A DNA stretch of 64,000 nt, from NCBI GenBank assembly GCA_937952265.1, contig CALFYW010000055.1, positions 149,030-213,029 of the forward strand. Reading direction: 5' to 3'. A model generated the notes under the pieces. That model saw only the letters and a list, made by a program, of their open reading frames with translations, did not search any database and was not told the DNA's origin. Below are positions 1-9,210 of the stretch, one piece after another. The DNA is from an uncultured bacterium (GTDB lineage Bacteria > Patescibacteriota > Minisyncoccia > Phycocordibacterales > GCA-2401445). The translations under genes and the position numbers were made by a program. Position 1 is the first letter of the stretch. Every line of letters begins with the position of its first letter.

Positions 1-855
1 AAAGAGCCCGATAATCACCAACGAACCGATAAATCCGAATTCTTCTGCGGCTACCGCGAAAATGGAATCTCCGACTGGTTCGGGAAGAAAGTTAAACTTT
101 TGAACTCCTTGTCCAAATCCCCTACCCCACAAACCTCCAGAACCGATCGCAATAAGCGACTGCTGAATTTGATACCCTGAGCCGTGTGGATCTGCTTCAG
201 GATTAAGGAAGGTCGAGAAACGATCGAGAATATAAGGTTTTGAGATAAGAAGAACGCCACTCGCGATGATTCCGATGAGGAGGATGATTGCTATATCTCG
301 CATGCGAGCTCCGGCAGTTAAAAACATTCCGAGCGCGGCAAACGATATGATTAAGAGAGTTCCCACATCTGGTTGGAGCGCGAGCATTCCCCCTACTATG
401 GCCAAGAGAATCACGATAGGGAGTAATCCAAAAGACATCTTTTGAATCTTTTCTCGTATACCTGAAAGCCATGCCGCAAGATAAATCACAAATCCAAATT
501 TGAGAAACTCGGCTGGCTGAAAGGTAAATCCGAATATTCCAACCCACCGCTGTGCCCCATTATGTTCGATACCAATCCCGGGTATGAATACGAGTCCGGT
601 AAGCATGAGCGCGCCTAGAAAAATGTAAAATGCGTGCTTTCGCCAAAATCGATAGGGTATGTTGGAAGTGATAATGAGCGCAATGGCCCCAAGTATAAGG
701 CCAATGAAAGTCTGTCGAAGAAGAATTGATGAAAAGGATGCTCCATCACGGGCATGGAGTCCCATAGATGCTGAAATAAAAATTAAGAATCCAGCAAAAA
801 GAATCGTGATAATGCAAATCAGGAATGGTTTGTCAACCGTACTTTTTCTTCGCAT
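1..855 (-). CDS. ftsW: SEDS-family peptidoglycan polymerase FtsW/RodA, N-terminal part; gene continues beyond the window start
   Basis: Minus-strand translation from ATG at 855 gives MRRKSTVDKPFLICIITILFAGF...PGIGIEHNGAQRW...AEEFGFIGSL, with hallmark SEDS motifs. It starts 7 nt after the mraY stop. It is absent from the ORF track because it is truncated by the window edge. Confidence 0.8.
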   Translation of the reverse strand, partial: MRRKSTVDKPFLICIITILFAGFLIFISASMGLHARDGASFSSILLRQTFIGLILGAIALIITSNIPYRFWRKHAFYIFLGALMLTGLVFIPGIGIEHNGAQRWVGIFGFTFQPAEFLKFGFVIYLAAWLSGIREKIQKMSFGLLPIVILLAIVGGMLALQPDVGTLLIISFAALGMFLTAGARMRDIAIILLIGIIASGVLLISKPYILDRFSTFLNPEADPHGSGYQIQQSLIAIGSGGLWGRGFGQGVQKFNFLPEPVGDSIFAVAAEEFGFIGSLVIIGLF

Positions 856-861
856 GTCTTC

Positions 862-1917
862 TTATCCAATAAGCGCGATAATGAGTCCAACCATAGCGAA
901 AATAACCGTAAGAATCCAAAATCGCATGGTAACTTTATAACCCGGCCATCCTAAGGCTTCAAAGTGGTGATGGATTGGGGCGATGAGAAACAGCTTCCTT
1001 CCAAGGAATTTCTTTGAAGCAATTTGCAAAATGACTGAAAATGAAACTGCAAAAAGCGGGAACGCAATAATCGGCAACACCGCCACCTGTTCAGTAAGGA
1101 ATGCGACTACGGTAAGGCTTGTGGTGAGGCCAAGCACGCCGGTCTCTGACATATAGAATCGTGCCGGTGGAATATTAAACCAGAGGAATGCGAGTATTCC
1201 TCCTACCACTACCGCGCAGAATGCCGCAAGGTCAATTTGGTTCTGAAAGAAAGAGATTACCCCATAGGCTGAAAAAATAATCGCCATGACCCCTCCTGCA
1301 AGGCCGTCAATGCCATCAATCACTCCTCCCGAAAATACCGCAATCATAATCAATACAAAAGTAGGTATAAATAACCAACCAAGCGCGAGTGGGCCTGAAA
1401 AAGGAATGATGATTGATGCCACCTCAAGCTTATCAAAGAACCACCATGCACCAATAAGACCAATGATTCCAACAACGAGAATCCTAATGCTTAATGGAAT
1501 TCCTCCCGCGATGTATCCGCCTTTACCGCCAACGGTAAGGAAGTCATCGATAAGCCCCAGTATTGAGGCGCTGATAAGGGTAAAGAGCGGAAGCCAGGTT
1601 TGGTTTCGACTCAGGAAATCGAGCTTGCTTGTAATTTCTCCCGGAAAGAAAAATGAAATAATCCAAATACAAGCAATCGTCAATATCACACTTCCCCAAA
1701 TAACGATTCCGCCCATACGAGGGGTATTTACCTCTTTATCTTTATGGAGTTTATTGAAAAGCGGAGTCTCTCCTCCGCCGAGTGCCTGTGTACGCGCTTT
1801 CTTTTTCCACATTTTGTGGGCGTAGAGATAGTGCGTAATGATAGGGGTAATCGCAACACCAATGGTAAACGAAATGGTTAAAGGAAAAAATACCTTAACT
1901 ACATCAATGATCATCAT
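862..1917 (-). CDS. mraY: Phospho-N-acetylmuramoyl-pentapeptide transferase
   Basis: 351 aa polytopic membrane protein with DGIDGLAGG and PIHHHFE motifs typical of MraY. dcw-cluster context next to ftsW. Confidence 0.95.
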   Translation of the reverse strand: MMIIDVVKVFFPLTISFTIGVAITPIITHYLYAHKMWKKKARTQALGGGETPLFNKLHKDKEVNTPRMGGIVIWGSVILTIACIWIISFFFPGEITSKLDFLSRNQTWLPLFTLISASILGLIDDFLTVGGKGGYIAGGIPLSIRILVVGIIGLIGAWWFFDKLEVASIIIPFSGPLALGWLFIPTFVLIMIAVFSGGVIDGIDGLAGGVMAIIFSAYGVISFFQNQIDLAAFCAVVVGGILAFLWFNIPPARFYMSETGVLGLTTSLTVVAFLTEQVAVLPIIAFPLFAVSFSVILQIASKKFLGRKLFLIAPIHHHFEALGWPGYKVTMRFWILTVIFAMVGLIIALIG

Positions 1918-2906
1918 AGTGTGTTATCTCTCTCAAGAATTTGATCCTCGTACGCAAGATACTCAAGGGCAGCCCATACCAGTTTCTCCACATCTTTAAA
2001 GCGGTCTTCATACGTTGAGCCAAGTGCCACTACCACGATGGGGTGTCCAATACCCGCGTCAAATATAACCGCGAGATTTCCTCCCGCAAGCGCGGTAAAA
2101 CCGGTTTTTGAACCCAAGAGCCCAGGAATCTGGTTTACCGATTCATTCGTATTCGTCAATTCATGGGAGAGTTCACTTAATGAGGTGATCGTGAGGTTTT
2201 GATAGCGGGTCGCATCGAGAATGTAGGGATAATGTTCTAAAATATAGGAGAATAGCATTCCTACATCTCGAGCAGATCCATAGGCGCCAGAGAGCGTATC
2301 CGTAACATCAAGCCCCGATTCATTGATGAAGTAGGTTTGCGTTAAACCAAGTTCTTTTGCAACCGTATTCATTGCATCGATAAAGTGAATGGTGCTCGAA
2401 GTGGCGGTAGTCCTGTTTTCCGGTTTCTTGGTGATAAACGCGCTACCCACGGACGCGATCGCCGACGCGCCGTCGTTTGAGGAAGTAACAAGCGTATAAT
2501 CAAGCAAATCTTTTACATCCCATTCTTCGTGCATATAAAGCCCTGTGTCTCCCTCCGCGCGTAGGTCGTCGGCTGATATCGTGATGGTGTTGTAGAGCGG
2601 AATTTTTTCAGCAGCCACCAGCGCGGTCATTGCTTTGGTTATGGATGCGAGTGGGACTTGCAGTTCTGCATTATGCGCGTAAAGAACCTTCTGCTCTCTC
2701 ACGTCGTAGACATAGGAAGCGTTAGCCATAAGCTCAAGGGATTCAAAGGGGTTTGCAAGTTGCGGTTTTTCATTTCCCGCGTCTGGTTTTTGTGCCTGAC
2801 CTACTGGTTTGGTGTTTGGAGTAAATGCGGGAATGAAAGAGAGCGTAATGATTGCCCCCATGAGGAGTGAGATCGCAAAAAATTGTCGTTGTGTTTCTGT
2901 GGTCAT
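1914..2906 (-). CDS. D-alanyl-D-alanine carboxypeptidase (S11 penicillin-binding protein, DacA-like). ORF track start is 2984; internal Met at 2906 is preferred because it avoids overlap with scpB.
   Basis: SxxK (SITKAM), SxN (SSNDGAS) and KTG (GSKTGFT) active-site motifs. N-terminal transmembrane segment. Confidence 0.85.
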   Translation of the reverse strand: MTTETQRQFFAISLLMGAIITLSFIPAFTPNTKPVGQAQKPDAGNEKPQLANPFESLELMANASYVYDVREQKVLYAHNAELQVPLASITKAMTALVAAEKIPLYNTITISADDLRAEGDTGLYMHEEWDVKDLLDYTLVTSSNDGASAIASVGSAFITKKPENRTTATSSTIHFIDAMNTVAKELGLTQTYFINESGLDVTDTLSGAYGSARDVGMLFSYILEHYPYILDATRYQNLTITSLSELSHELTNTNESVNQIPGLLGSKTGFTALAGGNLAVIFDAGIGHPIVVVALGSTYEDRFKDVEKLVWAALEYLAYEDQILERDNTL

Positions 2907-2913
2907 ATATTGT

Positions 2914-3468
2914 TTATCGTGGTGCTTCTTGACCCTCCTCTTCTTGGTGTTGAATGCGCTCGATCTCATTTTTGATATTTTCAAACTGAGGGAGCGCTTC
3001 TCTTGACTCTACGCCCAAGAATGAAAGCAGTTCAATGGTTGCCTGATAAAGAAAACCTCGTTGGTCATGTGGATTGTTAATTTTCTCAATTAAACCTCGA
3101 ATCAAAAGATTGCGAAGAATAAACGATGAGTTGACTCCGCGGATATAATCGATTTGCGATCGGGTAACAGGGCCCTGGTAGAGAATAATTGAAAGTGTTT
3201 CGAGCCCAGCACGGCCAATATCTTTTTCCAGTTCTTCTTTAGTAAGCTTCTCTATAATACCAGAAACAAGGGGTGCTGTGGCAAGCGAAACAGATTCGTT
3301 GTTCTCGATAAGCCGTATTCCCCGCTCCTGAAGTTCTTTACGCAGTGTTTCAAGAGCTTCTTTTATTTCACTAGTATTGCTCGAGAGAATTTCTGCAAGC
3401 TCGGAGATCTTCATTGGTTCCCCCTTCCAAAACAATACCCCTTCAATTTTTGCAATGAGCGTATGCAT
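2914..3468 (-). CDS. scpB: Segregation and condensation protein B
   Basis: 184 aa with tandem winged-helix ScpB pattern (ISELAEIL...TLSIILYQGPVTRSQIDYIRG). Immediately downstream of scpA. Confidence 0.9.
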   Translation of the reverse strand: MHTLIAKIEGVLFWKGEPMKISELAEILSSNTSEIKEALETLRKELQERGIRLIENNESVSLATAPLVSGIIEKLTKEELEKDIGRAGLETLSIILYQGPVTRSQIDYIRGVNSSFILRNLLIRGLIEKINNPHDQRGFLYQATIELLSFLGVESREALPQFENIKNEIERIQHQEEEGQEAPR

Positions 3469-3473
3469 GTCTT

Positions 3474-4205
3474 TTAATAACGCGGAGTTTGAACCTCCTT
3501 GCTTTCAATGTGGATATCATCAAAATCTCGATGTTGGGTAACGAGAATTATTCCTCTTTTGACCAATTCAAGCATTGCGAGGAAGCTTACGATCACGGTC
3601 TTTTTGTCGGATTCGTGGTGTGATTTCGAAAAATCTCGAAACGTGAGTTGCATCTGTTGTTGCATTTTTTCTCCCAATCGAGTAATCATTTCCTCAAGAC
3701 TGATTACTTTCTCTACCACTGTCTTTGGGAGGGTTTCCTTTTTAGGGATACGAGAAAGAAGCATCTTTATTGCCCCTTCAAGGGTCTCTTGAGTAATATC
3801 ATTTCCTGGAGTGAAGTATATGTCTTGCTGAGAGAGAATTCTCTGCCGTGGGAATAGTACTGAGGTTCCAAATTTTGATTTAATCTCTCGAGAGACATCC
3901 CTGATGCACTGATAGATCGCAAGGCGTTGCTCGAGATCTTTAATGTCAGTTTGCTCTTCTTCCGTAAGAGAGAGCGTGGGAAGCAGTGATTTTGATTTAA
4001 TGAGGAGGAGCGTTGAAGCAATAAGAATAAACTGCGCAGTATCCGCAGTAGGAAAATCATTGTGTGTTTCGATATAGGTAATAAAATCATCCGTCACTTG
4101 GGCAAGGGAAACATCATTAATGAGCAAACGCCGTTTCTCGATCAAGTTTAAGAGGAGCTCAAGTGGCCCTTCGAAGACGGATGTTTTTACGGTGTACGTT
4201 TGCAT
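3474..4205 (-). CDS. scpA: Segregation and condensation protein A (kleisin)
   Basis: 243 aa; N-terminal FEGPLELLLNLIEKRRL is typical of ScpA. scpA-scpB gene pair. Confidence 0.9.
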   Translation of the reverse strand: MQTYTVKTSVFEGPLELLLNLIEKRRLLINDVSLAQVTDDFITYIETHNDFPTADTAQFILIASTLLLIKSKSLLPTLSLTEEEQTDIKDLEQRLAIYQCIRDVSREIKSKFGTSVLFPRQRILSQQDIYFTPGNDITQETLEGAIKMLLSRIPKKETLPKTVVEKVISLEEMITRLGEKMQQQMQLTFRDFSKSHHESDKKTVIVSFLAMLELVKRGIILVTQHRDFDDIHIESKEVQTPRY

Positions 4206-4207
4206 AA

Positions 4208-5536
4208 TTACGAATGAAGTAAGGTGTCAATACGATGTATATCACGTGGAAAAAGAGACGCCTCTTTTACGTTTTCGATTCCGAGTAAGCGCGCCGTGAG
4301 GCGCTCCAAACCAGTGCCGAATCCTCCATGTGGAGGCATGCCGTATTTAAATGCCTGAAGGTAGAATGAGAATTTCTGAGGATCAAGTTTTTTCTTTTCC
4401 ATCGACCTGAGTAGTTGCTCATAATCATGGATCCGCTGCCCACCAGTAGTGATTTCAAGCCCTCGGAAAAGTAAATCAAAACCTCCCGCGTATCCAGGAT
4501 CATGAGGATCTTCATAGGTATACATCGGCCGTTTTGACAACGGGAAATGGGTAATAAAGATAAAATCCGAATTTAATTTTTCTTTTGCGTAGGTGCCAAT
4601 CCAGCGCTCATGCTGAGGTTCGAGATCGGGTTCATTGCTGATGTTTTGCCCAGTTTCTTTTTCGATCAATGCTTGTGCTTCGCGCAGTTTCATTTGAGGA
4701 ATTTGCTTCGGAATATCGGGGAGTGTTGCGTTAAGGAGTTTGAGTTCGCGCGCGACGTGTTTTTCTAAATAGGTATTGAGGTGGTGTAAGAATTGGGTTT
4801 TGATGTTTGTGATATCCGTGTAGTCACTGATAAAACCCATCTCTGCGTCGAGGCTGGTGTACTCATTGAGATGCCTACTGGTACTGTGGAGTTCAGCACG
4901 GTAGACATTACCAATCGCGAATACTCGCTCATACACGCCGACCATAATCTGTTTATAGAACTGCGGGCTTTGCGCGAGGCTCGCCTGATAGCCAAAATAT
5001 TCTGTTTTGAAAGTCTGTGCTCCACCTTCTGCGTCTTCCCCAATGATTTTTGGCGCTTGTATTTCAGTAAAGAGATTGTGATTAAAAAACTCACGAAATG
5101 CTTGCACGATCGTAGCCTGAATTTTAAAAATAGCCCGAGGGCGTTCAGCCCGTAAGGTAAATGGAAGATGGTCGAGGTATGTTTCTATACCGACATCAGC
5201 GCCTCGCTCGAATGGCAACTCCTGGGCTTTTGATAGGATGGTGATTTCTTCTGCTTCAAGCTCGAGAGTGCCATTCTGCTCACCTTCTTTAACCATCGCT
5301 CTCGGGCGCTCATGAACGGTCCCGAGTACTTGCACGCTCCACTCGGGGCGAATTGTTTGTGCTATCTGATGTACTTCTGGATGTGAAGGAAGGATAACGA
5401 CTTGGAGTTTCCCCGTGAGATCTCGTATTTCAAAAAAGATGAGTTTCCCGTGGTCCCGTCGAATGTTAATTGAGCCCATAATGAGCACCTTCTTTTCAAT
5501 GTGATTTTCTAAATCAGTGAGTAGTATTCGTTCCAT
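4208..5536 (-). CDS. aspS: Aspartate--tRNA ligase, archaeal/eukaryal-type class IIb, probably non-discriminating
   Basis: 442 aa with OB-fold N-terminus. Class II motif 3: YGMPPHGGFGTGLERL, GGQR. The size fits short AspRS2. gatB is present in the window, consistent with an indirect Asn-tRNA pathway. Confidence 0.8.
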   Translation of the reverse strand: MERILLTDLENHIEKKVLIMGSINIRRDHGKLIFFEIRDLTGKLQVVILPSHPEVHQIAQTIRPEWSVQVLGTVHERPRAMVKEGEQNGTLELEAEEITILSKAQELPFERGADVGIETYLDHLPFTLRAERPRAIFKIQATIVQAFREFFNHNLFTEIQAPKIIGEDAEGGAQTFKTEYFGYQASLAQSPQFYKQIMVGVYERVFAIGNVYRAELHSTSRHLNEYTSLDAEMGFISDYTDITNIKTQFLHHLNTYLEKHVARELKLLNATLPDIPKQIPQMKLREAQALIEKETGQNISNEPDLEPQHERWIGTYAKEKLNSDFIFITHFPLSKRPMYTYEDPHDPGYAGGFDLLFRGLEITTGGQRIHDYEQLLRSMEKKKLDPQKFSFYLQAFKYGMPPHGGFGTGLERLTARLLGIENVKEASLFPRDIHRIDTLLHS

Positions 5537-5545
5537 AGAAATATA

Positions 5546-6535
5546 TTAAGCTAATGTAACCCCAATCTTTTTTCGGATAATAGACATGGTCTTTTCTGCT
5601 TGTATTTGAGCTTTTTGAGCGCCTTTATTGAGTATGTCTTCTACTGCCCTCTTTTCTTTTTCGAGCTCACTTCGGCGCGTTCGAAGCGGAGCAATAAATT
5701 TTTCAATGTGCGCTATAAGCATTTCTTTTGATTCATGGTATCCAATATCCCCTTCTTGGTATCGCTTTCGGAGTTCATCGAGTGTTTCGGGTGGGAGGAA
5801 TAGCTTGTGGAGCGAGAAAATAGTACATGTTTCAGGATCTTTAGGCTCAGTTTTCCCTTTTGAGTCAGTAGGAATACTCATAACACCTTTTTCTATTTCT
5901 TCTGGCGAAGCGAAAAGCGGAATCGTGTTTTGGTAGCTCTTACTCATTTTCCGTCCGTCAGTCCCTGGCACGGTTTTTACGTTATCGAGAATAACTGGCT
6001 CAGGAACTGAGAATGTTTCTCCAAATGTTCGATTAAACTCGAGCGTGGTATTTCGTGCAATCTCGATATGTTGTTTCTGATCGCTTCCCACGGGAACATG
6101 GTCCGCGTTATAAAGCAGAATATCTGCGGCCATCAAAATGGGATAGGTAAACGTGCCGACATTAATCTCCTTATTTTTTTCTTTCGCGTCTTTGTATGCG
6201 TGCGCCCGCATCAAATACGGCATGGTAGTAATACAACTAAAAATCCATGCCAGCTCAGCGTGTTGAGAAACACTCGATTGTTTAAAAATCGTAGCCTGTG
6301 TTGGATCAATGCCGACCGCCAGATAATCGAGAGTGATGTCAATAATATTTTTTCTTAGTTCACTCGGGTCATGGAGGGTGGTGAGGGCATGGTAATCCGC
6401 AATGAAGATAAAAGTCTCGTAGCGTTTTTGAAGGTCCACGAGTTGCTTAATCGCACCAAAATAATTCCCAATATGTATTCGCCCGGTTGGTTTTATACCC
6501 GAAAGAAGCCTTTCCCTTTTCATGCTAAAAAGCAT
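5546..6535 (-). CDS. trpS: Tryptophan--tRNA ligase
   Basis: 329 aa class I synthetase. HIGH-type motif (KPTGRIHIGNY) and KMSKS present. Size and motifs match TrpRS rather than TyrRS. Confidence 0.9.
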   Translation of the reverse strand: MLFSMKRERLLSGIKPTGRIHIGNYFGAIKQLVDLQKRYETFIFIADYHALTTLHDPSELRKNIIDITLDYLAVGIDPTQATIFKQSSVSQHAELAWIFSCITTMPYLMRAHAYKDAKEKNKEINVGTFTYPILMAADILLYNADHVPVGSDQKQHIEIARNTTLEFNRTFGETFSVPEPVILDNVKTVPGTDGRKMSKSYQNTIPLFASPEEIEKGVMSIPTDSKGKTEPKDPETCTIFSLHKLFLPPETLDELRKRYQEGDIGYHESKEMLIAHIEKFIAPLRTRRSELEKEKRAVEDILNKGAQKAQIQAEKTMSIIRKKIGVTLA

Positions 6536-6536
6536 A

Positions 6537-6562
6537 GCAAAATTGGGCTAAAGTGGAAAGTG
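6537..6562. repeat. Copy 1 of a 26-bp perfect direct repeat, caaaattgggctaaagtggaaagtgg, with imperfect extension
   Basis: Identical 26-mer recurs at 9211-9236. Both copies lie in intergenic DNA and flank a 2.7 kb segment. Confidence 0.7.
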
Positions 6563-6739
6563 GGACTGTGGGTGGATTATGGAATTCCTCCATCTGATTA
6601 TAAAATCACAAGGTCGGTCACATCCCTTTTAAGTTTTTCGTGGTGTAATTTAATTTATCTTGGTTTATCATAATTTCGTTATCCGTTTTCTATATTGTGA
6701 GTCTTCCTATCGAATCCCCATCAGTAAGGATGACAGATA

Positions 6740-6776
6740 AGAAGAAAACCACCAGTTCATCGGGTGGTTTTTGTCT
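6740..6776 (-). terminator. Putative bidirectional intrinsic terminator
   Basis: Hairpin aaaccacc-agttcatcg-ggtggttt flanked by an A tract on one side and a T tract on the other. Lies immediately downstream of the minus-strand ORF 6787-7515. Confidence 0.5.
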
Positions 6777-6786
6777 TTTTGAATAT

Positions 6787-7515
6787 TTATAACAAGAAAA
6801 AGGCGATAAATAAAAATATTAAAATGAATGTAACTAATTTTATGAAATTAAACAAACATTGTTTCTTTCTATAAATCATACAGAGCTCATTTCCTTCGCG
6901 AACCATTTTCTGTGTAAATTTACCCTTTTTATTATGAAATATATCAATAAAAGTTTCAAGGAACACGAGCCTTTTTCTGAGGTTATACCGGTGAGAATCA
7001 AGGAATACCAAATCATTTGGAACAATGTCTCTAATCACCAATACGGGCGTTGGTGTCCGAAGGGGATACCAATTCTCATTATGTAAGCTCGGCGCTTGAC
7101 TTGTCGGATAAAGAGCTCCTAACATGAGTGCGTGTTGAACACAGTACTCCTTATTATTGAATTGTAGTTCTAGCAACTTCTCAATATCAAATTGTTTAGG
7201 AAACAGGATAATAATGGCTCCAAAATCGTCATTATCTTTTCGTGAAGAGATATAAAATTCAACACATTCTGTAATCAGTCTTGTACAATCCTGCATCGTG
7301 GCGTCCTCGGCAATTGCGGTAAAAAAGATACGTCGCTTCTTTAATGCCGCATGTACAAAAGGGCAAACTTTTCCTTCCCGAAAAGGATGGTCTGCACAGA
7401 GAAATTGCTGTACATACGGTAACACTTCTTTGTACAATGACGTCACGGAATCAGACGTATATTCCTGACCAAAAGTTTCAACTGTCCAGAAATTTGATAC
7501 TGGATCATGTTTCAT
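6787..7515 (-). CDS. Hypothetical protein, 242 aa, with Cys/His-rich segment CADHPFREGKVCPFVH and a hydrophobic C-terminal tail
   Basis: Long ORF with normal codon usage and a terminator downstream. No family recognised from sequence alone. Lies inside the direct-repeat-flanked segment. Confidence 0.55.
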   Translation of the reverse strand: MKHDPVSNFWTVETFGQEYTSDSVTSLYKEVLPYVQQFLCADHPFREGKVCPFVHAALKKRRIFFTAIAEDATMQDCTRLITECVEFYISSRKDNDDFGAIIILFPKQFDIEKLLELQFNNKEYCVQHALMLGALYPTSQAPSLHNENWYPLRTPTPVLVIRDIVPNDLVFLDSHRYNLRKRLVFLETFIDIFHNKKGKFTQKMVREGNELCMIYRKKQCLFNFIKLVTFILIFLFIAFFLL

Positions 7516-7566
7516 AGTTATCCTTTCTCGTGATATGTTAAAGAGCCGTCTCTTTTTTTGTTAAAA

Positions 7567-7600
7567 TCCCCTGAACATATGCAGGCATATGTTCAGGGGA
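7567..7600. promoter_or_regulatory. Near-perfect 34-bp palindrome (16-nt arms tcccctgaacatatgc/gcatatgttcagggga) in a divergent intergenic region
   Basis: Located between divergent genes 6787-7515 (minus) and 8007-9209 (plus). Dyad symmetry is typical of a dimeric transcription-factor operator; it could also fold as a 14-bp RNA hairpin. Confidence 0.4.
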
Positions 7601-8006
7601 TTAACATGTAAGATTGGTTATTTATATTTAAGTACTATAAGTACTACCATTTCCAACCTACGTTATGTGATTGACCCACGCAGAACCAAGAAAAAAATCG
7701 TTTGAAAAAATTTTTCTTGCGCCAGTATCGGTCGGTAAGAACATCGTCTTGTTTGTGTGGGGTAACAAATATGACAGATTTTGGATCAGCGAATTCTGAT
7801 GGCATTAATTTATCCTCCGGGTTCATATATTTTCGCTCCATCTCGTCTCTCACAGACTACGCATTTACATTATCTGTCTGTAAAGATACCAAACAAAATA
7901 AAGACTTTTTTAAATGCTAATTCTATGATAGACTCTAATCTGTATCCTGTCAATAGAAACATTAGGTACACTTTTTACAGGATCTTTTTATATTTAAAAA
8001 TGTTTT

Positions 8007-9209
8007 ATGACAAATTTGGAAAAAGCAAGACATAATGTTCTGAGAGAAAATCCGGATTTACCCATGACGCTTAGGTTTGAAGTTTCCCCATCGGAAACCG
8101 TTAACAGACTTTTATCAGTTGTGGATCTTACCCTAGATGACGAAATTAATAACAAAGAGAAAAATATAATTGGTCAAATATACAACCAAATTCTTGTAAA
8201 ATTACGAGAATATAGATTTCCTAACATTACAATTATACGCGGAAACCCTATAGTTAGTGTCGAAGATAATTTTGATAACCTTTTGTTTTCTCCCGGAAAT
8301 CCGGGCAGATCATCAACATATACGCGCTATACTGATGAAGATCATGTATTGAGAACTCATACTTCCGCACTTGTGCCGAGTACATTCAGAAAATTGCAAA
8401 ATAAGCAGAACCCAATGACATTTGTTTTTCCGGGGTTAGTGTATAGGCGCGATGTAATAGACCCCAAGCATCTAGACGTGTTTCATCAACTTGATGTATG
8501 GACTTTACAAGAAAATAAAACGTACGGCACCGCTAATAGAAAGGATTTACTAAGATTGGCAAAGGCTATATTTGAAGCCGCTTGTCCGGGCGCCACAATG
8601 ATAGTATATGAAGCACAACACCCGTACACTATTGATGGTATTGAGGTATATGCGGAAGTAGAAGGACAAAAAATAGAAGTTCTTGAAGCGGGGCTTGCTC
8701 ATCCTGGGGTCTTAAAAAAAGCAGGCATTGATCCACAGCAATACTCAGGACTTGCACTCGGTATGGGGATTGAAAGACTAATCATGGCAAGAAAAGTTTT
8801 GCCGGATATTAGGTTAATTCGTTCAGCTGATCCGCGCATTGTTAAACAAATGACCAATATGGAGAAGTTTGTTTCGGTGTCCAATCAGCCAGCTATGACC
8901 AGGGACATGTCTTATTGTGTTGACAGAAATGATACTGAGGAAGATATTTGTGAAGCAATTAAGGATGCATTTGGAGAAAATAGAGACCTTCTAGAGCAAG
9001 TAGAAGTATTAGAAAGAACGCCTTTTCAGGAGTTAAATTCAGCAGCAAGAAACAGGTTAGGAGCAAATGAAAATCAAGATAATATTTTGGTGAGAATCAC
9101 TTTACGTCACCCTGACAAATCACTTACCAAAGAACAGGCTGCGATATTGTATACTGAGGTGTATCCCAAAATCCATCAAGGAACAACGGAAGGATATCGA
9201 GTTAAATAA
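8007..9209 (+). CDS. Monomeric mitochondrial-type phenylalanyl-tRNA synthetase-like protein (PheS-like class II core fused to C-terminal FDX-ACB anticodon-binding domain)
   Basis: Motif 2 (FPGLVYRRDV...FHQLDVW) and motif 3 (GLALGMGIERLIMARKVLPDIRLI) align to PheS of this same window ([43 protein letters not shown]). C-terminal 100 aa (QPAMTRDMSYCV...ILVRITLRHPDKSLTKEQA) parallels the FDX-ACB domain at the PheT C-terminus (YPFVVRDIAIFV...YAFRLIFQDYAKTLSDAEV). The 400-aa length matches FARS2-type monomeric PheRS. Confidence 0.75.
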   Translation: MTNLEKARHNVLRENPDLPMTLRFEVSPSETVNRLLSVVDLTLDDEINNKEKNIIGQIYNQILVKLREYRFPNITIIRGNPIVSVEDNFDNLLFSPGNPGRSSTYTRYTDEDHVLRTHTSALVPSTFRKLQNKQNPMTFVFPGLVYRRDVIDPKHLDVFHQLDVWTLQENKTYGTANRKDLLRLAKAIFEAACPGATMIVYEAQHPYTIDGIEVYAEVEGQKIEVLEAGLAHPGVLKKAGIDPQQYSGLALGMGIERLIMARKVLPDIRLIRSADPRIVKQMTNMEKFVSVSNQPAMTRDMSYCVDRNDTEEDICEAIKDAFGENRDLLEQVEVLERTPFQELNSAARNRLGANENQDNILVRITLRHPDKSLTKEQAAILYTEVYPKIHQGTTEGYRVK

Positions 9210-9210
9210 C

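Noticed and set aside
203-940. ORFs 203-547 (minus), 51-260 (minus) and 659-940 (plus)
   Set aside because: They are out of frame with or antisense to the FtsW/RodA reading frame, which shows clear SEDS motifs.
1286-1825. 179-aa plus-strand ORF
   Set aside because: It sits entirely within mraY on the opposite strand, and mraY is clearly the real gene.
6690-6730. tRNA-like T-loop sequence ctatcgaatcccc
   Set aside because: I could not fold flanking sequence into acceptor, D or T stems on either strand. It is likely a chance match.
7644-8035. Small ORFs in the divergent intergenic region upstream of the PheRS-like gene
   Set aside because: They are AT-rich, overlap each other and have no RBS. 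They more likely mark a promoter or operator region.
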